From an uncultured SAR116 cluster alpha proteobacterium (GTDB taxonomy: Bacteria; Pseudomonadota; Alphaproteobacteria; Puniceispirillales; Marisalimonadaceae): DNA of 64,000 bases. Positions 44,372-53,589 of the stretch are shown piece after piece. The position numbers and the translations under genes were made by a program. The notes under the pieces were generated by a model. The model worked only from the letters and a program-made list of their open reading frames with translations, ran no database searches and was not told where the DNA came from. Every line of letters begins with the position of its first letter. Position 1 is the stretch's first letter. The stretch is from contig CACJQK010000005.1 in NCBI GenBank assembly GCA_902595515.1, positions 3,163-67,162 of the forward strand, given 5' to 3'.

Positions 44372-46129
44372 CTAAAAAAAGGATTTCTTGTACAAGTTAT
44401 TAATTTCATCTATGAAACGAGCTGCAATTACATGCCGTCTTATTTTGAGTGTTGGCGTTAATTGACCATTAACAGTACTAAAACCTTCATTGGATAAAAT
44501 AAATTTTCTAATTTTTTTGGTTTGAGATAAATTTTGGTTAACTGTATTTAATATATTTTGAAATTTTTCTTTTAAATCATTTATTTTGTTTTCATGTTCC
44601 TTAAAAAAAATTTCATTTGGAATAATTACAGCAACTAAAAAGGGTTTGTTATGACCATAAACCATAGTTTGTTCAATTTCTTCAAATGATAGCAAAATAT
44701 TTTCAATTGGAACGGGAGCTATATTTTCTCCTCCAGAATTAACTATCATTTCATTTGCTCTTCCAGAAATTTTTAAGTATCCATCATCATCAATTGATCC
44801 TAGGTCTCCAGTATGAAGCCACCCATTTACCAAAACTTTATCAGTATTTTTTTTGTCTTTCCAATATCCCTTCATAATTGAACTTCCCTTAATAAGAATT
44901 TCATTTTCATTAGAAATTTTAACCTGAAGCCCCTTAATAACAACACCCACAGTATCTATTTTTATATTATTTATTGGATTACATGATATAAGTGGAGAGC
45001 ATTCAGTTTGACCATAACCTTGTAAAATGTTTATTCCAAGAGATTGAAAGAACAAACCAACTTGTTCATTCAAAGCAGCTCCACCAGAAATAAAAGCTTG
45101 TAAATTTCCACCAAAATTTTTCTGAAATTTTTTTCTTACGAGCTTATCCAAAAACATATTTTGAACTTCTTCTAGAAAACTTAATTTAATTCTTTTATAT
45201 TTCTTAATTCCAAATATTATTGTTTTTTCAAATAGTTTTTGAGAAAATTTACTTTTAGTTAATAATTGGTTGTTTATTTTCTTATACAAAACCTCATAAA
45301 GTCTTGGAACTGCTGTCATCAATGTAGGTTTGACACTCGACAAATCATTTACTATTTGATCACGATTTTCATTAAAATAAATTTCTGCACCAATATAAAT
45401 TGGTAAGAAGAAACCTGCTGTATGTTCATAAGCGTGTGATAGTGGAATTATGGACAAAAATTTATGATCTTTAATTTTAATTTGGGAAACTAATTCATTT
45501 GCTCCAATTATATTAGAAATAATTGATTTATGCGTTAACATTACTCCTTTAGGCTTATTGCTAGTTCCAGATGTGTATATAATTGAAACAACATCATTTT
45601 CGTCGATTTTAGTAATAAAACGTTGTGTGATATTTAATTTTATATCACTTTTTGAACCTAAGTTTAATAGTTGATTGAATGTATAATAAGTGATGTTAAA
45701 TTTTTTAAATTTTAAAGTGTTTACATCATCAATACAAATAACATGTGTAATTTTATCCAAGCTGGGTATTATTTTTAAAATTAATGATAAGAGTTTTTCA
45801 TTTGTAAAAACTATTGAGGTTTCTGAGTGAGATAAAAGATAAGAAATCTCTTCTTCATTGCTAGTTGTATACCCAGGAACAGTTATTGCACCTAAAGATA
45901 TTGTAGCCAAATCTACTACACACCACTTGTAACTATTTTCAGCAATAATAGATATTTTATCATTTTTTTTAACACCTATTTCATAAAGTGCTGAACTTAT
46001 ATTTAGGACTAACTCTCTAGTTTTTTTCCACGAAAGGTGATCCCATTTATTATTTACTTTAAAACCAAATAGTGTTTTATTCTCATATAATTTAGAGTTG
46101 TTGAAGAAAATTTGTGGTAAATTATTCAT
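44372..46129 (-). CDS. Long-chain fatty acid-CoA ligase (AMP-dependent synthetase)
   Basis: IYTSGTSNKPKGV, PLSHAYE, GYGQTE, LHTGDLG, LTPTLK. Confidence 0.9.
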   Translation of the reverse strand: MNNLPQIFFNNSKLYENKTLFGFKVNNKWDHLSWKKTRELVLNISSALYEIGVKKNDKISIIAENSYKWCVVDLATISLGAITVPGYTTSNEEEISYLLSHSETSIVFTNEKLLSLILKIIPSLDKITHVICIDDVNTLKFKKFNITYYTFNQLLNLGSKSDIKLNITQRFITKIDENDVVSIIYTSGTSNKPKGVMLTHKSIISNIIGANELVSQIKIKDHKFLSIIPLSHAYEHTAGFFLPIYIGAEIYFNENRDQIVNDLSSVKPTLMTAVPRLYEVLYKKINNQLLTKSKFSQKLFEKTIIFGIKKYKRIKLSFLEEVQNMFLDKLVRKKFQKNFGGNLQAFISGGAALNEQVGLFFQSLGINILQGYGQTECSPLISCNPINNIKIDTVGVVIKGLQVKISNENEILIKGSSIMKGYWKDKKNTDKVLVNGWLHTGDLGSIDDDGYLKISGRANEMIVNSGGENIAPVPIENILLSFEEIEQTMVYGHNKPFLVAVIIPNEIFFKEHENKINDLKEKFQNILNTVNQNLSQTKKIRKFILSNEGFSTVNGQLTPTLKIRRHVIAARFIDEINNLYKKSFF

Positions 46130-46264
46130 AAATTAGACCATTAAAATAATAAAATTATCTAAACATAAATATATAAAAATTAACATTTATTATTTTAATA
46201 TTTACTGTTTTTTTTTAATAAATTATGAATTGATAATTATGTAAAGAGTTAAGGAGATATCAAA

Positions 46265-47233
46265 ATATTTTTTAAATATATTATATCCTTTATAATACTT
46301 ATTATTTTTACTTTATTAATATCTATGAATGAAAATCAAATAAATTTTTCAAGTAATTTTAATCCAAATTTAATTGGGTCAAACATAGACCAATATTTAA
46401 AAAAAATAGAGGGACAATTTTTAGACATTAAAGAAGGCGTTGAAAAAAAAGTAATTTGGGCTGAAGAAATAAATAAAAAAACACAAATTTCAATAGTTTA
46501 TATTCATGGCTTCACGGCTTCCTCAGAAGAGGTTCGCCCTCTTCCTGACAAAATCGCAAATGATTTAAATGCAAATCTTTTTTTTACAAGGTTAACAGGA
46601 CACGGAAGAAACCCAACGGCAATGGAAACATGCTCAATACCTAATTGGATGAAAGACCTGCATGAAGCAATTGAAATTGGGTCAAGAATTGGAGAAAAGG
46701 TTATTTTAATGTCTTCATCAACTGGTGGAACAATAAGCGTAACTTCTGCTTTAGATAAACAAGTTTCACAAAAAATTTTAGGATATATATTTATGTCACC
46801 TAATTTTGGAATAAATAATAAATTTGCAAACATGATATCGTGGCCATTTTCTAAATATTGGTTAAAATTAATTCTTGGTAAAAATATAAAACACAATCCT
46901 AGAAATGAGCTTAATAAAAAATTTTGGACAATGTCGTATCCAACAAATACTCTTATACCAATGGGCAAATTAATAAGAGAAGTAAATAATAAGGATTATA
47001 GCACAGTGAATAAACCTGCACTTTTTTACTTTTCAATGGAAGATAAGGTTGTAGACCCTCATAAAATTAAAAAGTTTATATCTAATTGGGGAGGTAAAAG
47101 AACAACAAAAATCGTTAAACTTTCAAATAAAGATGATAAATTTTCACATGTATTAGCTGGTGATATTATTTCTCCAAATCAAACTGAACATGCTAAATTA
47201 ATAATGGTTAATTGGATAAAAAATTTAAATTAA
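46265..47233 (+). CDS. Alpha/beta hydrolase (lipase/lysophospholipase-like), probable N-terminal membrane anchor
   Basis: HGF oxyanion motif, SSSTGG nucleophile elbow, EDKVVD, SHVLAG; the frame is open upstream of ATG 46325 through a hydrophobic stretch to ATA 46265/ATC 46259 behind AAGGAG; start uncertain. Confidence 0.8.
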   Translation: MFFKYIISFIILIIFTLLISMNENQINFSSNFNPNLIGSNIDQYLKKIEGQFLDIKEGVEKKVIWAEEINKKTQISIVYIHGFTASSEEVRPLPDKIANDLNANLFFTRLTGHGRNPTAMETCSIPNWMKDLHEAIEIGSRIGEKVILMSSSTGGTISVTSALDKQVSQKILGYIFMSPNFGINNKFANMISWPFSKYWLKLILGKNIKHNPRNELNKKFWTMSYPTNTLIPMGKLIREVNNKDYSTVNKPALFYFSMEDKVVDPHKIKKFISNWGGKRTTKIVKLSNKDDKFSHVLAGDIISPNQTEHAKLIMVNWIKNLN

Positions 47234-47263
47234 TTATTTTTAATAAATTTAAAAATCTAAAAA

Positions 47264-47280
47264 AGCTCACTTTTTAAGCA
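47264..47280. promoter_or_regulatory. Candidate NtrC-type site upstream of the Anbu operon
   Basis: AGCTCACTTTTTAAGCA (reverse TGCTTAAAAAGTGAGCT) resembles TGC-N11-GCA with an A/T core; one mismatch in the outer triplets. Confidence 0.3.
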
Positions 47281-47354
47281 TTTGTTAAGAAAAACAATTT
47301 TTTAATTTAACTGAATTTTATAAATCATATAATTAACTTTTGAAGAGTTAGATT

Positions 47355-48782
47355 ATGACATATAATACAAATAAATATGATGAAGCATTTATTAGTAATA
47401 ATTCCACTAGAGTAAATTACAAAAAATTCCATAATTGGTTTCAAAAACAATCAAAATCAGAATTATCCAAAAAACAAGTTGATGCGCTAAATTTCTTTGA
47501 AAAAACTGGAGTAACTTTTAAAGTATATTCAGACACAGAAAACAGAGAAAATTTAATACCATTTGATATAATTCCAAGAATTTTAAATCACAAAGAATGG
47601 AATAAAATAGTTAAAGGAATTACTCAAAGGGTATTAGCAATAAATTTTTTTCTTAATGATATTTATAATGAACAAGAAATAATTAAACATGGGGTATTGC
47701 CTCTTGATTTAATTCAAAATAATCCTGCATTTTTAAAACAAATGATTGGGTTCTCACCCCAAGAAAAAACTTATAACCACATCTCTGGTATTGATTTAAT
47801 AAAAACAGATACAAGTGATTTTTATGTTCTAGAAGATAATGTTAGAGTTCCTTCCGGTGCTTCGTATATGATTGAGAACAGGGATACAATGATAAAATTA
47901 TTCCCAGAATTAATTTCAAAATATAACGTTGCAGACAATAGAAATTATACCAATAACTTATCAGAAATATTAAAAGTTGTTGCTCCTTCCAAATTAAATA
48001 AAAATCCAAATATTGTTTTACTTACACCTGGCATTTATAATTCTGCCTTTTTTGAGCATGCTTTTTTAGCTGATAAGCTTGGTGTTGAATTAGTAGAAGG
48101 TAAAGATCTACGTGTTATCAATAAATTTTTAAATATGAAAACTATTGAAGGATGGAAAAAAGTTGACGTTGTTTACAGGAGAGTAGACGATATTTTTTTA
48201 GATCCATTATCATTTAAAGAAGATAGTTTCTTAGGTGTGCCAGGATTAATGGAAGTTTATAGAAATAAAAATGTGACTATAGCGAATGCTCCTGGTACTG
48301 GTATATCCGACGACAAGGCTATTTATTCTTACATTCCTGACATAATCAAATTTTATTTGGGTGAAAAACCAATATTAAAGAATGTAAAAACTTTTAAATG
48401 CCGTTTAAGAGAAGATTTAAAATTTGTTCTTGATAACCTTAATCAATTAGTTATCAAAGAGGTTCACGGTTCAGGTGGATATGGAATGCTTATAGGTCCA
48501 TTAGCTAGCAGAAACGAAATATCAAAATTTGAAAAAAAAATAAGAAGAAATCCTTATAATTATATTGCTCAGCCCACACTGGCCTTGTCTACATGTCCTA
48601 TTTATACTAAAAAGGGATTAACTCCAAGGCACGTAGACTTAAGATCTTTTGCTTTATTAGCTAAAGATAAAGTTAAAGTTATAAGTGGTGGACTTACGAG
48701 GGTTGCTCTTAAAAAAAATTCTTTAATTGTTAACTCAAGTCAAGGTGGTGGGACTAAAGACACCTGGGTATTGAGTTCGTAA
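47355..48782 (+). CDS. Circularly permuted type 2 ATP-grasp protein
   Basis: IPFDIIPR, VLEDNVRVPSG, TPGIYNSAFFEH, YRRVDD, RHVDLR, VNSSQGGGTKDTWV. Confidence 0.93.
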   Translation: MTYNTNKYDEAFISNNSTRVNYKKFHNWFQKQSKSELSKKQVDALNFFEKTGVTFKVYSDTENRENLIPFDIIPRILNHKEWNKIVKGITQRVLAINFFLNDIYNEQEIIKHGVLPLDLIQNNPAFLKQMIGFSPQEKTYNHISGIDLIKTDTSDFYVLEDNVRVPSGASYMIENRDTMIKLFPELISKYNVADNRNYTNNLSEILKVVAPSKLNKNPNIVLLTPGIYNSAFFEHAFLADKLGVELVEGKDLRVINKFLNMKTIEGWKKVDVVYRRVDDIFLDPLSFKEDSFLGVPGLMEVYRNKNVTIANAPGTGISDDKAIYSYIPDIIKFYLGEKPILKNVKTFKCRLREDLKFVLDNLNQLVIKEVHGSGGYGMLIGPLASRNEISKFEKKIRRNPYNYIAQPTLALSTCPIYTKKGLTPRHVDLRSFALLAKDKVKVISGGLTRVALKKNSLIVNSSQGGGTKDTWVLSS

Positions 48783-49708
48783 TGCTAGGCAGTTCAGCTG
48801 ACTCATTGTTCTGGATGTTTAGATATATAGAACGTGCAGAAAATACATTATGCGTAATTGAAAGTGGTTTTCAATTATATCTCATGTCATCGACGAATTT
48901 ATATAATGAATGGGACGCAATTTTAAGGACAAATTCTATAAGGCAATATTTTTTAAAAAAGAATAATTCTTTAGATAGTCTTAATATAATCAATTTCATG
49001 CTTAAAGATTCCAGAAATGTTAATAATATTCTAAGTCTTATTTCAAAAGCTAGAGAAAATGCTAGAAAATCAAGAGTTTCAATAACTACAGATGTATGGG
49101 AGTCAATAAACACATGTTGGTTGTATCTAAATAAAGAATTAAATAAACACTTAACTGAAAATAAAATTCAATTAATATTACAAACGACTAGAGAGAAAAT
49201 TGCTCTTATTTTTGGGTTTCTTGAAAAGACAATGTTAAAAAATGAAATTCTTAATTTTTGCTATTTAGGAACTTACATAGAAAAATTTGATAATACAGCA
49301 AGGATATTAAATACAAGGCAATATTTATTTGCAGATGAGAAAAAATATCGTTTAGAGGGTTATGATAATTTTCAATTAGAAATGATTTTAAGAAGCATGT
49401 CTTCTTATAGATCATTTATGTGGAAAAATCAGAATGAAATTAAACCTAAAAAAGTTTCTTATTTTTTAATTTCAGACGAAGACATGCCAAAATCACTTAT
49501 GTTTTGTATTAATGAAACTTTAAAAAATTTAAAATCCATTAATAAAAAAAAATTTAAAAAGAGTAAGAGCTATATAAATGCTTTAGGTATACAAAAAAAG
49601 ATTAGATTAAAAAATATAAGTTTAAATAATTATTCATTTTTAAATGGTTTAATAAAATTAAATATGGATTTAGCTTCAAATATAGAGATAGAATTTAACT
49701 TCCATTAA
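48782..49708 (+). CDS. Alpha-E domain protein
   Basis: LFWMFRYIERAEN, ARENAR, second motif LGTYIEKFDNTARIL, PKSL. Confidence 0.88.
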   Translation: MLGSSADSLFWMFRYIERAENTLCVIESGFQLYLMSSTNLYNEWDAILRTNSIRQYFLKKNNSLDSLNIINFMLKDSRNVNNILSLISKARENARKSRVSITTDVWESINTCWLYLNKELNKHLTENKIQLILQTTREKIALIFGFLEKTMLKNEILNFCYLGTYIEKFDNTARILNTRQYLFADEKKYRLEGYDNFQLEMILRSMSSYRSFMWKNQNEIKPKKVSYFLISDEDMPKSLMFCINETLKNLKSINKKKFKKSKSYINALGIQKKIRLKNISLNNYSFLNGLIKLNMDLASNIEIEFNFH

Positions 49709-49712
49709 AACA

Positions 49713-50522
49713 ATGATATTAAAAATAAAACAAAAAATTATATATGAAATCGATGGTGTAATTAATTTTGGGTATAATAAATTACTACTAACCCCTCAAG
49801 ATAATGAAAATCAAACTATATTAAATTGGGAAATTATTATAGATGGTGGAAATAAAGAACTAACTTCTAGGGATCAATTTGGCAATCATATAGACTTAAT
49901 TAGTATAAAAAACAATTCTAAAAGGATAGAATATAACGTCCTAGGTAAAGTGGAAACAAAATCAAACTTTGGCATAGTTCAAAGTTCAAATAAGGACCTA
50001 CCACTTTGGTGTTATATTGATAAAACAAAATTGACCAACCCTGGTAAGTTAATATTAAAATTCTATAAAGATAATAATTTTAATTTTGAAGATATTATTG
50101 GAAGCCTTCATAATTTATCTATGAATATTAAATCTAGAATTAAATATAAAAAAGGAACTACAAATTATAAAACAACTGCTGAAGATGCATTTGCAAAAAG
50201 TACTGGTGTATGTCAAGACCACACGCATATTTTTTTATCCCTTGTTCGTATGTATAATCTGCCATGTAGATATGTTAGTGGTTTGTTTGTACCAAAAGAT
50301 AATAACAAAAATCTTTCAATGCATGCTTGGGCAGAAGTTTATATAAAAGATCTTGGATGGACAGGCTTTGATATATCTAATGGTGTTTCACCTGATGAAA
50401 GATATATAGTAATATCAAAAGGTTTTGATTATAATGATGTAGTCCCTGTAAGAGGTATTATAAATGGAAATTTTATTGAAAATCAAAATTTAGAGTTAAC
50501 AATTGATATACTTAACCAATAA
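49713..50522 (+). CDS. Transglutaminase-like protein
   Basis: GVCQDHTH, RYVSG, HAWAEV, GFD (Cys-His-Asp intact). Confidence 0.92.
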   Translation: MILKIKQKIIYEIDGVINFGYNKLLLTPQDNENQTILNWEIIIDGGNKELTSRDQFGNHIDLISIKNNSKRIEYNVLGKVETKSNFGIVQSSNKDLPLWCYIDKTKLTNPGKLILKFYKDNNFNFEDIIGSLHNLSMNIKSRIKYKKGTTNYKTTAEDAFAKSTGVCQDHTHIFLSLVRMYNLPCRYVSGLFVPKDNNKNLSMHAWAEVYIKDLGWTGFDISNGVSPDERYIVISKGFDYNDVVPVRGIINGNFIENQNLELTIDILNQ

Positions 50523-50534
50523 TATGAAAATTCA

Positions 50535-51269
50535 ATGACTTATTGTGTTGGATTGAAATTAAATAAAGGCTTAGTTTTTATGTCTGATACGCTAACAAAC
50601 GCTGGTATTGACAATATTAATACCAACAAAAAAATGTTTTACTGGACCAAAAAAGATGAACGTAACATTGTTCTATTAACATCCGGTAATCTAGCCACAT
50701 CACAAGCTTGCATAAATCTTATAAATGAAGCTATTGAAAATCCTAATGATAATACAGATAGTATTTTAAAAACTAAATCAATGTTTCAAGTTGCCAGAAT
50801 TGTTGGTAAAATATTACGAAATATCTCAAATGAACATGCTTCTGATGGTCAAGCGGGTGAAAACCCCTATTCTTCAACTTTGATATTAGGTGGTCAAATT
50901 ATTGATCAGGAACATAGACTTTTTTTGATTTATCCAGAAGGAAACTTTATAGAAGCTTCCGAAGATCAGTCTTTTTTTCAAATTGGAGAAACAAAATATG
51001 GTAAACCAATAATTGTTAGAGCTTTAGAAAAAGAATCTAGCTTTGGTGATGCAATAAAATTACTTCTTGTGTCATTTGATAGTACTATGAAGGCTAATGT
51101 TTCTGTAGGTATGCCAATTGATGTGTGTACTTTAAATCAAAATGAATTTAAAGCCATTAATCGAATAAGAATTGAGAAGAATGATCCATATTTTGAACAT
51201 ATATCAAAAAATTGGGGTGAATCGCTTAAAAAAAGCATCAAAGAATTACCACCTTTTGATTTTAAATAA
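50535..51269 (+). CDS. Proteasome-type Ntn hydrolase (Anbu)
   Basis: MTYCVG with N-terminal Thr, SDTLTNAG, SGNLATSQ, IYPEGNFI, QIGETKYGKPI, SFDST. Confidence 0.92.
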   Translation: MTYCVGLKLNKGLVFMSDTLTNAGIDNINTNKKMFYWTKKDERNIVLLTSGNLATSQACINLINEAIENPNDNTDSILKTKSMFQVARIVGKILRNISNEHASDGQAGENPYSSTLILGGQIIDQEHRLFLIYPEGNFIEASEDQSFFQIGETKYGKPIIVRALEKESSFGDAIKLLLVSFDSTMKANVSVGMPIDVCTLNQNEFKAINRIRIEKNDPYFEHISKNWGESLKKSIKELPPFDFK

Positions 51270-51335
51270 TTTATAAATTATGGTTATTAAGTTAATTTTA
51301 AAAAAATTAAAATAATTTAACATAATGATAATAAA

Positions 51336-51815
51336 TTAGCCTTTAAAAGGGATTGAAGAATGATGAAGGTTTATCATCAAATTTTCCTCGTTGTTTTTTA
51401 TATATCCAAAAGTAAATTCAACTTTTACTTCATTGGGATCAGTAAAATTTTGAAATAAGTAATTTCCCATAGATAAAGCATTTTCTTCAAAAATAATAAT
51501 TTTTCTTTCACTAAAACGAATCTTTTTCCACGGTTTAAGTGCAAAACCTTTATCTTCAGCTATAGAGCCACCAATAAAATAAGATAATGCATCATCATAA
51601 GTATAACGAAATTGTTTTTCTGATGCTAATGTGGGTTTAAATAAGACCTCACATAAGTCAAAAGCATAAAATTTTTTAACAAATATACTTGCTTTTGACT
51701 TGTAATCTTTATTTTTAGTATATAAATCACCTATTTCAATAACATTTTGAGCCCACAATTTTTGAGCTTTTATGATTTCAAATTCAGTTATAATATTTTT
51801 TTTTATAGATTTCAT
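51336..51815 (-). CDS. COG4337-like iota-class carbonic anhydrase candidate (NTF2/SnoaL fold)
   Basis: AQKLW, FKPTLA..QFR, ALSYF, GFALKPW, MGNY, KVEFTFGY, C-terminal LHHSSIP. Confidence 0.72.
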   Translation of the reverse strand: MKSIKKNIITEFEIIKAQKLWAQNVIEIGDLYTKNKDYKSKASIFVKKFYAFDLCEVLFKPTLASEKQFRYTYDDALSYFIGGSIAEDKGFALKPWKKIRFSERKIIIFEENALSMGNYLFQNFTDPNEVKVEFTFGYIKNNEENLMINLHHSSIPFKG

Positions 51816-51964
51816 TATAAATTTAAGCTTTTAAAAAGGATTATGTTTCAATAATACATTGAATTTAATAAATTAAATAATTAACTGATTTTTTCATTTA
51901 TTTGCGAAACTTTACACATTTAAATATAACTGTCAATATAGTATATTTTTTATAATAAATACAA

Positions 51965-52405
51965 TTATTTAAGAGGAAAAGTTGATGTTGCATGACATAT
52001 AATCTTTTCTTTATTATCCTCTGAGTAAACTTTAGTCTCTCCAATTGCAATTGAACTTCCAAACCTTTGAACTATACTTTCAATAATAAAATAATCTCCA
52101 AATGCAGGACGTATAAAATTATTATTCTGAGAAAGGGTGCCCCTTTGTGACTTAACTGATGTATTCATAGCTATAGACATTGTTGTGTCAATTACAGACA
52201 TTAAAACCTGGCCTGAAACAGCCCCAGTAACAAATTGATAATCAGGAGAATTTTTTAATTTAGCTATTACCCTCCCTTCTTCTATTTTTAAAAATGAAAG
52301 CTTAAGTTGTTTTACATACGGTGCGAAAATATATTCATATATTTCTTCAATGTTTTCCATAGTAATTGTTTTAGTTGGTAATTTTTTGTCCATAGATTTT
52401 CTCAA
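51965..52405 (-). CDS. PaaI-like hotdog-fold thioesterase
   Basis: GAVSGQVLMSVIDT, NFIRPA, HATSTF. Confidence 0.8.
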   Translation of the reverse strand: MRKSMDKKLPTKTITMENIEEIYEYIFAPYVKQLKLSFLKIEEGRVIAKLKNSPDYQFVTGAVSGQVLMSVIDTTMSIAMNTSVKSQRGTLSQNNNFIRPAFGDYFIIESIVQRFGSSIAIGETKVYSEDNKEKIICHATSTFPLK

Positions 52406-52442
52406 TATAAATTACATATTAATTTTAACATTTGAATCATTT

Positions 52443-53510
52443 CTAGCTTTTTATCAGTTCATTTTCTCCAATTATTTTAAATAATTCATCAATATTTTTT
52501 TTATTTATATTTTTAGTTATAAAAACTAAACGTGATTTTTTATCATTACTTGGCCATTTTTCTAACCATTCCAAAGGATGGAAAATATGCTGTACCCCGT
52601 GAATGACAGCTGGTCGGCTCTCTCCCTTTATATTTAAAATACCCTTAATTCTAAGAATAGATTCACCCATTTGACTCATTAATAATTCAAGAAAAAAATT
52701 AACAGATGTCATGCTTACTGGTTGACTAGAAACCATTGCAAAAGTTTCAATGCCATCACTATGCAGACTTACATTGTGATCATGGTGATGATGAGAATGT
52801 TTTTGATGATTATGCAAATGATTATAAGTTTTGTTTTTTTCAATTTCCAACCATTCTTTAACTCTCCAATCTTTATTTTGTGGGTTATAATCGTTAAGCC
52901 CAAGTAACCTTGATACTGGTAGAGAGTTCTTATCACTTTTAATTACAGAAACTTTTGGATTAATAATTTCTATTCTCTTTGTTAGGGAATTTACTATTTC
53001 TTTGTCCGCAATGTCTGTTTTACTTAATACGATTATATCTGCAAAAGCCGTTTGTTTAACTGCCTCTTCATGAGAACTAAATGTAGCTTCTCCATTTACT
53101 GAATCAACAACTGTAATCATACCATCCAAAGAATAAATTCTTTGAAGATCCAGTGAAGACATTAATGTATGAATTATAGAAACTGGATCAGCCAGACCTG
53201 TAGTCTCAATTATAACATGATTAACAATTGGTATATCACCCTTTTCTATTTTTTTTATTAAATTTAAGAGTGTTTTTTTTAAATCACCTTGAATCGTACA
53301 ACAAATACACCCATTTCGTAACTCAATTACATTTTCATCAGTGGTTTCGATTAAATCATGATCTAAACCAACTTCTCCAAATTCATTAATGATAATAGCT
53401 GCATTAACCATTTGTTTTTGTTTTATTAAAGATGTTAAGATAGTGGTTTTTCCACTTCCTAAAAAACCTGTTAAAACTGTTATTCCTATATTTTTTGGAA
53501 AAGAAGACAT
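52443..53510 (-). CDS. COG0523/CobW-family G3E GTPase metallochaperone
   Basis: TGFLGSGKTT, NEFGE, GCICC, ETTG, SKTD, His-rich linker, CobW_C (RIKG..HGVQH). Confidence 0.93.
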   Translation of the reverse strand: MSSFPKNIGITVLTGFLGSGKTTILTSLIKQKQMVNAAIIINEFGEVGLDHDLIETTDENVIELRNGCICCTIQGDLKKTLLNLIKKIEKGDIPIVNHVIIETTGLADPVSIIHTLMSSLDLQRIYSLDGMITVVDSVNGEATFSSHEEAVKQTAFADIIVLSKTDIADKEIVNSLTKRIEIINPKVSVIKSDKNSLPVSRLLGLNDYNPQNKDWRVKEWLEIEKNKTYNHLHNHQKHSHHHHDHNVSLHSDGIETFAMVSSQPVSMTSVNFFLELLMSQMGESILRIKGILNIKGESRPAVIHGVQHIFHPLEWLEKWPSNDKKSRLVFITKNINKKNIDELFKIIGENELIKS

Positions 53511-53545
53511 TATCGATTAAATAGTTTGCTATAATTTTAGATATA

Positions 53546-53562
53546 TTGTTATGTTATAACAT
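53546..53562. promoter_or_regulatory. Probable Zur box between the COG0523 gene and folE
   Basis: tTGTTATgttATAACAt is a perfect TGTTAT-N3-ATAACA inverted repeat in a 79-bp divergent intergenic region. Confidence 0.7.
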
Positions 53563-53589
53563 CACCAACAAATAAATAATAGTGAGCAA

